NCBI RefSeq assembly: GCF_011386835.1
Contig: NC_088810.1
Span: 3,038,001 to 3,102,000 of the forward strand
Length of the DNA: 64,000 nt
Direction of reading: 5' to 3'
From: Chrysemys picta bellii
Taxonomy: Eukaryota
Below the pieces are notes generated by a model, which was not told where the DNA came from, ran no database searches, and saw only the letters and a list, made by a program, of their open reading frames with translations. Positions 11,301-21,188 of this stretch are shown one piece after another (position 1 is the first letter of the stretch; each line of letters starts with the position of its first letter). Made by a program: the position numbers and the translations under genes.

Positions 11301-14241
11301 AGGTGTGGGGCAGGTTGTACTCGGGGGGCAGCTTGCGGTCGTTGTTGATGAGATGGTCCAGGATGGAAGGGCTGAGAATCGGCTGGAGGGAGACACGGTG
11401 CAGGGAGCGTTACAGCGTCCGACTGTCCAGAGCCGTGCGAGGTGCTCACAGGGACACACACGGAGCAGGGCTCATCCCCGCCAGCAGGGGGCGATACACA
11501 CACACTGAATCACCCCACCGTAACCCTGCCTTGGCCAATGGGGGAATCCACCCACAGCCCGTAGAGATCCCCCATTTCTAGAGAGCCAGGGAGCCAGCCA
11601 TCCCCACCCTACCACCAATCAGCCCCCATTGACCCATGTGCCACATAGACCCCCTATTGCTCCCGGCCCAGGGGAGCCTCGTCCTGAGAACTGAGCTCGT
11701 CAGGGTGGCAGGCCCAGCGGTCACAAATGGTGGAGTCATGTGGTGATGCCCCCTGGTGGCCAAAGGCAGTATTGCGCCAGGATCTCCATGCCCATTGCCA
11801 CGTGACGGGGGTGTCCCCTGGAGAAGGGGGCGGGCAGGGACCTGGGTGTCGAGGAAGATGATGCGCTCCTGGGTGATGAAGAAGTCGATGCCGCTGGTCT
11901 GGTTCCCCCCGCGCTCCTTGATCTCCTGGCTTTGGGTGCGGAACACGTAGGCCCTGGGATGGGGGGGATGGGGGGGACAGAGAAGGGTCAGTAGGGATGG
12001 AGGAAGGAGAATATGTGCCCCCTTGACCTGCTTCTTGATGCCCATCCCCCATCCGACACTCCTCAACAGCCCACCTCCCCACTGTCCCCCAATATCCCAC
12101 CTTCCCCCCAAACACTTGCCGGTGCCCCCCCCCCCAGCACCCACATCCACCCACCTACCCCCCCTCCATCCCACCCCAACTTCCCCCTTTCCCCCCATGC
12201 CCTGGTCACTCAGCATTCATGCCCATCCCCCCCATGAACGTGCCAGACCCTGTGCATGCCCCCTCCCCAGTTGCTACCCCCCCGAAACACCCACAAAGCC
12301 CCCCACCACCACCACCCCACGTACCTTTGATCTTCTTCAGGCTGGTTAGCCGACAGCAGAGACATCAGCATGGATTTGCCGGTGCCCTGTAATCCCAGCA
12401 CCCCGACCACCAGCACGTCGGTCTGGTCCAGCAGGTACTGCCAAGGAGAGAGAGCCCAGTGACTGCCGGCTCCCTGAGAACCCAGGAGTCCTGCGGAGCA
12501 GCAGTACAAGAGCAGGGACCGGCTGGCTCAGGGGGGCAGGGAATGGGGCACGGGGCCTTTCCCCTCTAGGGGGCGCCGGCTCCCATCTGGCCCCAGGGCA
12601 GGGTCTAGTTGGTTCAGCGGGGCAGGGAATGGGGCACGGGGCCTCTCTCCTCTAGGGGGCACCGGCTCTGATCTGGCCTCACTAGCAGGGCCCGGGGGGG
12701 CAGGGGGTGACTGGGAGGATCTCTGTGGGGTGGGGGGCGTCCCGGGGCCAGGTACCTCGATGGCGCTGTCACACCAGTTCATCTGATCATCCACCAGTTT
12801 GATGCTGTGCTTCATCTTCTCCGGGGCCAGCAGCTTTGCCTGGCCCACCACGGCTGGGGGAGGGACAAAGAGACGGGGCTCAGAGAGTCTGACAGCCCGG
12901 GCCAGGGGCTTCGCTATGTGATGTCCCACCCAGTGCTGCTCTAACCCACTGGCGAGAGAACCCAGGTGTCCTGGCTCCCAGCTCTTCCCACCCCAGCCTC
13001 CAAATCCATCCCCCTCCCCACCTCCAAACCCACTAGCTGCTTGGAGGCTGGCCGCCATCTGGTGGCAGGCACTGGTAACTACATGCATATTAAAGGGGAC
13101 CTGGTTCTCTTCCCACATCCCATCCCCCTGGGGCTACAACCCCCTACCCCTTCCTCCTACTCCCCCCTTCCTCCTAGCCCCGCCCCCGAAGCGGGTACTC
13201 ACGGTCCATGGTGCTGCTGGAGGCAGCGGATCCCATGCCCCGGTTCTGGATCTGGTAGACGGGTTGCGTGGGGCGCTGTCCCTCCTTCTCCCCCTTGGCG
13301 GCAGCTGTGGGGAGCTGGGCAGCCCCCTCCGCGGGGCCTTTGCCTTCCTCCCGCGACTTCATCAGCACGATGGGCTTCTCCATGGGGGACGGGGCAGTGG
13401 CGGGTGGGGCCGGAGCTGGAGCAGGGGCCAGCTTGGACTGTGGGGAGAATGAGGCTGGTAGAGACCCCACGTCCCATCCTCAAGCTGAGGACAGAACCCA
13501 GGAGTCCTGACTCCCGCCCCGCCCTGCTCTAACCACTAGACCCCACTCCCCTCCTCAAGCTGATACAGAACCCAGGAGTCCTGACCAAGGTCTGCCCAGC
13601 TCATTTACTCTTACTGGACTCACGTATCCGGCAAATGGTTAAGAAGCGGTTGTGAGACACCCTTGCTTGGCGCCTGCTCTATATAGTAGCTAATAGCCTA
13701 CTGCTGCTGCATGCTGACAGAGTAACTCCTTTAGCTTCCTGTGGAGGATACCAGCTCTACTACAGCTGCCTGCTGATGAAGCCCCTCCTTTAGCTGAAGC
13801 AGCAGAGTCCTGTGGGCTGGCACTGCGGGTGGTGGGTTCAAGACCCACTATTGGTGGGAGTCTCACACACAAGGGTGGGTGTGACAGGCCCTGGGGGGCA
13901 GCGCCCTTCCCATGTGGGTCTTACCCTCTCAGCAGGCGGCTTGGCCAGGATGATGGGCGTCTTCTGCATCACGGACCCGACCGGCTCCTCCACGGGCTCC
14001 TGGGGGAGAGATCAGAGAGGGGTGAGGGGGGTCCCCGCAAGGCCCCTCCCGCACCCCACGGCCCCTCCCCTGCCCCGTCACTCACCCGGCGCTCGCGGTC
14101 CCAGGGGCCGTAGTCACGGTCCCGGCCTGGCCCCGACAGGCTCTGGGGGCCGCCCGGGGGGCCCAGCTCCTTGTCACGGTTCCAGCGGCGCCGGCGGTCG
14201 GGGCCGTACAGGCCGGGCTGGCTGTGCCCGGAGTCCGACAT
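8400..14241 (-). CDS. SMG9: SMG9 nonsense-mediated decay factor, 13 coding exons, 511 aa
   Basis: GT-AG exons 14241-14086, 13999-13925, 13437-13203, 12853-12756, 12437-12325, 11953-11842, 11382-11287, 11016-10931, 10404-10298, 9926-9819, 9532-9407, 9151-9007 and 8478-8400 sum to 1536 nt in frame. Protein starts MSDSGHSQPGLYG, has the P-loop GLQGTGKS and ends HYAARIWDGVKKSSALSEYSRLLA*. Confidence 0.97.
8520..8900. repeat. ~70-bp minisatellite carrying a CTCF-like motif (SMG9 last intron)
   Basis: About five copies of ACAGCGCCCCCTAG (reverse complement CTAGGGGGCGCTGT). Confidence 0.85.
10010..10285. repeat. ~80-bp minisatellite carrying a CTCF-like motif
   Basis: Four copies of GCACTAGGGGGCGCTGTG at ~10016, 10095, 10176 and 10256. 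Confidence 0.9.
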
Positions 14242-14339
14242 GGCCGCCGCCTGCGGGGGGGCGAGAGTCACGTCAACCCCAGCGGTGCGGCGGAGGGACA
14301 CGGCGCAGGGGGGAGAGATGCCACATAGATGAGGCTCAA

Positions 14340-15890
14340 CACGCGGGGGCTATTTCCCCAGCAGGGGGAGGAATACCGTATGGGAGAATGTGACAACACC
14401 TGGGGATTATTTCTCCAGTGAGGTGGAGGGATACCATACCAAAGAGGCCGTTAGGGACTATTTCTCTGAACAGGTGAAGAAGGAATATATTGCAGAGGCT
14501 GCTAGGGACTATTTCCCTGGTATGGCAGATGGATACATATACGCGTGAGAACACGCTTGGGAACTATTTCCCCACACTGCGGAGGGATATCACAGAAGAG
14601 ACATGATCACTGGGGTCTATTTACTCGACAGGGTGGAAGGGCACCAGGGTTATTTAACCAGCAAGACACAGAGACACCGTGGGGAAGACAGGGACTATTT
14701 TCTCTGCACTATTTACCCTGCCTGGCAGAAGGACACGAGCACAGAAGAACGGAGGGATACTGGAGAAGTGGTGAAGCCACCAGGGACTATTTACCCAGCC
14801 CAGTGGAGGAGCAAACCACCACAGGGAACTACTTAACCTGCGTAGCAGCGGGCTGTGGGACTACTTTGCCAGCATGGTGGAGGGATACCATAGAGAAAAG
14901 CGCACAAGGGGCATGGGGGACGGGGGGCTGAGAGCCCTTGAACCAAACTACAAACCGTGGATACGATGGAAACCACGTCAAGCCGCACCTAGTCCCAGCA
15001 CCTATGGGGGACTATTTAGCCCATGTGGTGGAGGAATATGTAACCTGCTTCTTAAGGCGCTGGGGTGTTAGACCCGTGGGCGCATCAGCCCTGCGGATGG
15101 ATACGGGGCAGGAGGCTGCTGGGATACGTCCTGCTCAGTGGAGGGATTCTGGGCACCAGGGTTATGACCCCAACCACCGGGGGGGGGGCGCCACTGGGAT
15201 TATATACCCTGCGGAGGGATACAGAGAAGTGATAAAGTGTTATGGGGTTACATGGCCTGCAGAGGAGCCCCCCCCCCCCGGGTATACTGCGCACAGTCAG
15301 AGACTATATGGCCCATGGAGGAATACAGTAGAGATGTGAGGTGTCATGCTGGGAGCTATATGGACCACGGAGGGATACAGGGGTGAGACATCACCCCCAG
15401 AGGCTATACGGCCCGCGGAGGGATACGGGGCAGAGTGACACATCACCCCCAGAGGCTATATGGCCCGCGGAGGGATACGGGGCAGAGTGACACATCACCC
15501 CCAGAGGCTATACGGCCCGCGGAGGGATACGGGGCGCTATATACACTGGAAGATGGTGGAGCAGTGCGCACCCGCGGAGGGATACCGCCCTAGGTTAGGG
15601 AGCTGTAGGATCTACATGCCCTGCGCGGGTCACCGGGCTGCGGAAAGAGCCCGCAGAACGACATACCCGGCGGAGGATTAATCCCTAGGTAAAAGGAGGA
15701 CCGAACTAGCTCCCCGCGTAGGGATACCGGACTGGGTATCTCGTCCCAACCGCCCGCCCCTCGGAGGGATACCGGGAGTGTGACGCGTCACCCGGCGCTA
15801 TTTACCCCGCCCCGCGGAGCGATACCTGAGCGCTGGTGCTGAGAGCAGAAGCCGGGGCTGTCGCCCCGGTAACGGCGGAGGGATACCGGG
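14340..15890. repeat. Degenerate array of GGGNCTAT(T/A)T ... GGAGGGATAC boxes in SMG9 intron 1
   Basis: More than 20 degenerate units at ~50-60 bp spacing with divergent spacers. Three near-perfect 52-bp units start at 15389, 15441 and 15493. Confidence 0.8.
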
Positions 15891-16330
15891 CGGCTCACTG
15901 GGGCTGAGGTACCGTGCAGCGGCCGGGACGGGCTGCTGGGGAAGCCCGGCGGCGCGAACAGCGCATCTGGGCGCCGGCTTGGAACGAACCTGCTCGGCCA
16001 CCGTTGTTTCCGAACGCGCCTGCGCGCGAGGGGGGCGTGTCCAAAATGGCGGCTTCGCGCCCGCGCGGGCCGCTGGCGGCACATGCGCACTGCTCTGGCA
16101 TGGACAGAATAGACCCCTCTTAAGGGGCGTGGCCTCCTGTCAGAACGAGGCTAGAAAGGTAGAGGGGAAATACATGAGCGCGCATGCGCACGGAGCTGGG
16201 GTCTCTGCATGGCTCTGGGGGCGGGGCGGGACCGAGGGGTTGGAGCAGGGGCGGAGCCAGGACGCCTGGGTTCGATCCTGGGTCATGGTGCGGCTCGGGT
16301 CAGACCCGGCTCCCGGTGCCTCAGTTTCCC
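15760..16330. promoter_or_regulatory. CpG island / bidirectional promoter for SMG9 and the ZNF gene
   Basis: High CpG density, YY1 consensus CAAAATGGCGGC at 16042-16053, NRF1 motif GCGCATGCGCA at 16180-16190 and GC boxes. Lies between two divergent genes. Confidence 0.75.
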
Positions 16331-17334
16331 TCGCCGCTCAGCGCTGCGGGGGGGGGGGCTGGGGCTAATTAGCCCGAGACAAATCAACCCGGAACAGGGA
16401 CCCCGCCCCCGGGACCCCCCCATCTATCCCTATACACCCTCCTCGCCCCCCCCCCGCCCCATGGACCCCCCATCTATCCCTATACACCCCCCCTGCCCCC
16501 CCATGGACCCCCCCACCCACTGATCTGTCCCTGCCCCGCCCCCGTCCGTCTGCACCCACGTGTCTCTTCTCGGGCCCCTCCCCACAACCCCCCGCCCCTC
16601 CTTCCCTCTCCCCACCCCCATCCATCTCCAGCCCCCTCCCCGCACACCACCACCCCGCCCCCCAACAGAGGCACCTTCCCTGTGCCAGACAAACAGGCCA
16701 CATTGTCCCTCCTCCATGTAAAGCCCGCAGCCGGATGGGGGCGGGGAGGACTACACTTCCCAGCATCCCCCTGTGTCCCCCCCCCCCGCTGCCAGCTTCC
16801 GGGCCAGCAGGCTGGCGGGGGCGGGGCCGTAGGGAGCTGCTCCCCCTTCCACGGGGTGTTTGGGATCCAGCGAGGACCATGCACGAGCGGGTCCTGGGCT
16901 GGGTAGCTGCAGCCCAGGCAAGTACCCGCAGGTAGGCAGCCTCCCCCCGTCCCCTGCTCTACCCACTAGACCCCACTTCTCTCCCAGGTGGCCTGAAATT
17001 TACTCCCCTCCCACTCCCCGAAACTGAGGTCTCATTTCCCTGGCCTTTGCAGGACTCCTGGGTTCTCTCCCTGGCTCTGGGAGAGGGGTCGGGTCTAGGG
17101 GTTAGGGCAGGGGGGGCTGAGAGCCAGGACTCCTGGGTTCTATCCTGCACTCCACCATAAATACTTTGTGCGACCATGTGCACATCCCCGCTTGTGTGCC
17201 TCAGTTTCTCCTCTCTCCCCCCACCGGAGGCAGCAGGCCGCTCTGCGCTTGTGAAGTCCTGTCAGGGCGGTGGGGGACGCGGCGTGCTGCCACCGATCCA
17301 CTCAGTGTGTTCCCCGCTTCGCTTCCAGGCAGCC

Positions 17335-20009
17335 ATGGACCCGGCGCCGGCAATGGAGGTTGGGGGCCGAAATTGAAGTGACCGAAGATGGCGCACTGGA
17401 GGAACTGCCGCTGCGGCTGGTACGTCCCGGCGCTCGTGTCTGAGCAGCGAGTGCGCCGGCTTGGGCGGGAGATGCAGCCATCTCTGGGGTGGGGCAGAGG
17501 CTGTTTATACAGGATCCCTCACCCGGCCCTGAGATGCGGCTGCCTCTGGAGGGGAGCGTGGGGGGCTGCTTTACACTTTGAGACAGGAAGTGTATGAACC
17601 ACACATTTTAGGAGGGGTAGTTTTGGTCTGGACTCAGAACTTTACTTCACTTCCTGTTCATTTTGGAGGGACTCCATAGAGAACTTGTGGTGAGATGGGG
17701 GGATCTCCCCTGGCAGTCAGGGCTGGCCCCCGGCAGCAATAGGGGTGCTGTGCTGCAGGAGGTGGGGAACCCCCAGTCAGGGCTGGCCCCGATTCCCCAG
17801 TGTGGCAGTAGGGGACGCTGTATCACAGGGAGGGGTGTGGGGGTGCTCTCCCCTCCCACCCACTTACCCCCTTTTTATCCCCCAGGAGAACGCTAAGAAC
17901 TGCCTCTCATGGGAAGGCCTGGAAGCCTCCAGCAGCGATGACGATGGGGAGACCACCACCCCTACCTCCCTGCCCCCCTTGCGCCCACCCCGGCCCCTGG
18001 CGCCGAACCTGCTGGCTCCCCACTTCGCCACCAAATCGCTGCCTCTGGAGAACATCATTGTCCCCTTCCGCCCGGGGCCTGCCACCGCCCCAGGGACCCA
18101 AGCGTTCGGGGCCTACCAGTGTCAGGAGTGCTGCCAGGTCTTTGTGGAGGAGTGGCACTATCTCCAGCACGCCCAGGAGCACGCCCAGGAGCTGGCCCGG
18201 CGGCCCCGGCCGGCCCTGCCCCACTCCCTGCCCCGGAGGAAGCAGCGCTGCCCGGACTGCGGAAAGAGATTCTCCCACCAGTCCCACTTCACCAGGCACG
18301 TCAAGTGGCACCTCAAGCTGGAGCAGGCGGGCATCCGGGTGCAGCGGAGACGGGGGGCCCGGCCTTGCTCCCTCACCTCCTACGTCTACCAGCCGATGGG
18401 CGCCGGGAAGAACCAGGCGGGTTCTGGGGACGTCCCCTGCCCGCCGGCCAGCTGGGAGGGTTCGCCTGGCCTCAGGAAACAGCAGGGTGGGGCCCACCCC
18501 GGGAGGCGTGTGGGGCACACGAAGGGGCGTCAGATGCCCGAGGCCCGGACAGCGAGCAAGGAGCAGGGCACAGAAGGGCCCAAAGGGACCCGGCCGCGTA
18601 GACCGACTCTGGGCCGGGAGTTCAGCCTGCCTAGGCCAGTTGGCATGAGTCTTACCCAGCCAATGAACGTGGAGGACGAGGGGCGGGCGGCCATCTTCGA
18701 CAGCAAGGTTGTCATGAGTCCGCCACAGCCAATGAATGGCCAGGTTGGCGGGAGCGCACTTCAGGCGGCCATCTTGGACAGCCAAATGGGTGGGAGCACA
18801 TTTCAGGCAGCCATCTTGGATGGCCAGGTTGGTGGGAGCACTCTCAGGACACTGGTCATCAATACTGAGGAGCAGGCGGCCATCTTGGATGGCCAGATTG
18901 ATGGGAGCCCTCTCAGGACGCTGGTCATCAATTCTGAGGAGCAAGCGGCCATCTTGGAGAGCCTGGTTGCTGGGAGTCCCCCACCAGCAGCGCACCTCAA
19001 GGAGGAGGCGGCCATCTTGGCTAGCCTGGTAGGCGCCAGCCCTCTCCACTCTTTCCGGACCGTGGTGGTGGGAGCTGAGGAGCCAGCGGCCATCTTAGAA
19101 GGCCAAGTTGGCGTGAGTCCCCTCCACCCCATGCCCCTGCGGGCTGAGGAGCTCCCGCCTTCGTTGTTCCTGGAAGCCGAGCCCGGCCTCAGCACGGCGG
19201 TGGATGCGGTGACCCTCCGCCTGGTCCCGTTGCTCCCTGACCCCCAGGGGCTCGTCCCGTGGGGCAGCCAGATGGTGGGGGAACTTCCTGACGAGGCCGG
19301 AGACTCTCAGCCCACGGCTTTCCAGCTCACGGGCTACCTCCCGCCGCTCAACCAACAGTGCCGACCCCCAGGCCTGGTCAAACTTCCCCCCTCCCCGCGG
19401 GCCCCCTTGCTCCTCCACCTGGTGCCCACCCACCCTGACGAGCTGCCCCAGGTGCTGGAGCTGGAGTACGCACCAGGCGGTGGGCTGGCAGCGGAGCCCT
19501 GGCCGGGGGGCGTGGCACCAGACGCCGGGGACGACTTTATCGTGGTGGAGCTGGAGGCGGACGCCGGTGGGCGGGAGGAGGTGGTGGCCGGCCCAGCCTG
19601 GCACTGCGGGGCCTGAGAGCTCCTTGGACGCCAGCAGGCGCCGGCATTTCTGGTGCCCGGACTGCGGGGTGCGCTACGGCCGGGCGGCCCAGCTCCGCTC
19701 CCCACCGCCGGGGGGCTAGGGCGCCAGCTGTGCGGCTGCGGCCGGCCCTTCCGGGGCCTCCTCCACCTCCTGCGGCACCAGCTCTGGCAGCTGGAGGGCG
19801 CCGCCTTCCTCTGCGCCGCCTGTGGGGAGGCGCTGAAGGGTCGCTGGGCACTGGGCCGCCATGGGGGGCGGCACCCTGGCGCCCCCTGCTTCCGCTGCCC
19901 CTGTGGGGCGGGCTTCCAGCGCCTGCCTCGCTACCTCTGGCACCGGATCCGGAACCAGCCGCCTGGCCTGGGCGTCTACAGCCTGGACAGCTTCCTCACC
20001 CCGGCCTGA
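17335..20009 (+). CDS. Uncharacterised C2H2 zinc-finger protein (~735 aa after correcting homopolymer frameshifts)
   Basis: Exon 17335-17419 has Kozak GCCATGG and a GT donor at 17420; exon 17886-20009 follows a pyrimidine-rich acceptor. Canonical fingers: CQECCQVFVEEWHYLQHAQEH, CPDCGKRFSHQSHFTRHVKWH, CAACGEALKGRWALGRHGGRH. Degenerate fingers: CPDCGVRY, CGCGRPF, CPCGAGF. Frame breaks at 17362-17366, 19592-19594 and 19700-19715. Confidence 0.8.
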
Positions 20010-20029
20010 GCGGGGCCGCACGGGGCCTG

Positions 20030-20620
20030 TGCCCTCCAGGGGGCGCCAGCTGCTACCCAGCCTCCTGGCAGGGACTGGCTGGCTCAGGGGGGGCAGGGAA
20101 TGGGGCCTTTCCCCTCCAGGGGGCGCCAGCTCCTACCCATCCTCCTGGCAGGGACTGGCTGGCTCAGGGGGGGCAGGGAATGCGACATGGGGCCTGTTCC
20201 CTCTAGGGGGCGCCGGCTCCCATCCGGCCCCATGGCAGGGACTGGCTGGCTCAGGGGGGGCAGGGAATGGGGCCTTTCCCCTCCAGGGGGCGCCAGCTCC
20301 TACCCATCCTCCTGGCAGGGACTGGCTGGCTCAGGGGGGCAGGGAATGCGACATGGGGCCTGTTCCCTCTAGGGGGCGCCGGCTCCCATCCGGCCCCATG
20401 GCAGTGACTGGCTGGCTCAGGGGGGCGGGGAATGGGGCACTGGGCCTTTCCCCTCTAGGGGGCGCCGGCTCCCATCCGGCCCCATGGCAGGGACTGGCTG
20501 GCTCAGGGGGGCGGGGAATGGGGCACTGGGCCTTTCCCCTCTAGGGGGCGCCGGCTCCCATCTGGCCCCATGGCAGTGACTGGCTGGCTCAGGGGGGTGG
20601 GGAATGGGGCCTTTCCCCTC
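20030..20620. repeat. GC-rich minisatellite with a CTCF-like motif in the ZNF 3'UTR
   Basis: About seven copies of CCCTC(T/C)AGGGGGCGCC within GGGACTGGCTGGCTCAGGGGG units. Confidence 0.9.
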
Positions 20621-20696
20621 TCGGGGGTGCTGGCGCCCATCCTGGGTCTGGCTGGTGCTGAGTGACCGGATTCTTGTTCTAATTAGATTTTTCCTA

Positions 20697-20702
20697 ATTA
20701 AA
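20697..20702 (+). terminator. Candidate ZNF polyA signal (ATTAAA)
   Basis: First polyA hexamer downstream of the ZNF stop. Confidence 0.5.
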
Positions 20703-21188
20703 GAGCTAAAGCGCAGCAGTTGTCACGACCTTTTCTCCCCCACCCCTGGGGGGCACTGGCAATTTCTCAGGGTGCCCCCCCCACCCAACACCATTCTGAA
20801 ATTGTGGAAGCAGAGGGGTTGAGGGGCTTCTCAGACTCCCTGGAGCTGGTCCCCCAGCCAGCCCCCCATCTTTTCCAGCACCCTGCTGGCCTCCCTTCTC
20901 TTTAAGGGAGCCAGGCCGAGCTCCGCCAAGCAAGGAGCGGACCCAGAAGTCCGGGAGAGCCCCTAGGGTTGGGGAAGGAAACAGGGCATTGGCAGTAGAA
21001 AAGGGGGTGTCCCTGGGATTGGGGGGCCTTGGCGAGATGTAGGTGAAAGGGGCTGTGCATGGGAAGGGGAGCTGACATCGTGGGGAGCAGGCTGCAGGGA
21101 GAGGGGGAGCTGAAATTGAAGGGTCCTGGGGGTGGACTGCAGGAGTAGGGGGGTGACCAATGGGGAAGGGGCTGCAGGGGCCCTTTAT

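Noticed and set aside
13650-13895. tRNA-like segment (TTTAGCTGAAG...GGGTTCAAGACCC) in an SMG9 intron
   Set aside because: No full cloverleaf or acceptor stem; more likely an LTR or SINE fragment.
14340-15890. CRISPR-like repeat-spacer appearance
   Set aside because: Vertebrate intron, degenerate bipartite repeats, irregular spacing and no cas genes. Reported as a motif array instead.
17335-20009. Assigning ZNF576, ZNF575 or ZNF428 by synteny
   Set aside because: Finger sequences and protein size do not match what I recall of those proteins, so the symbol was left empty.
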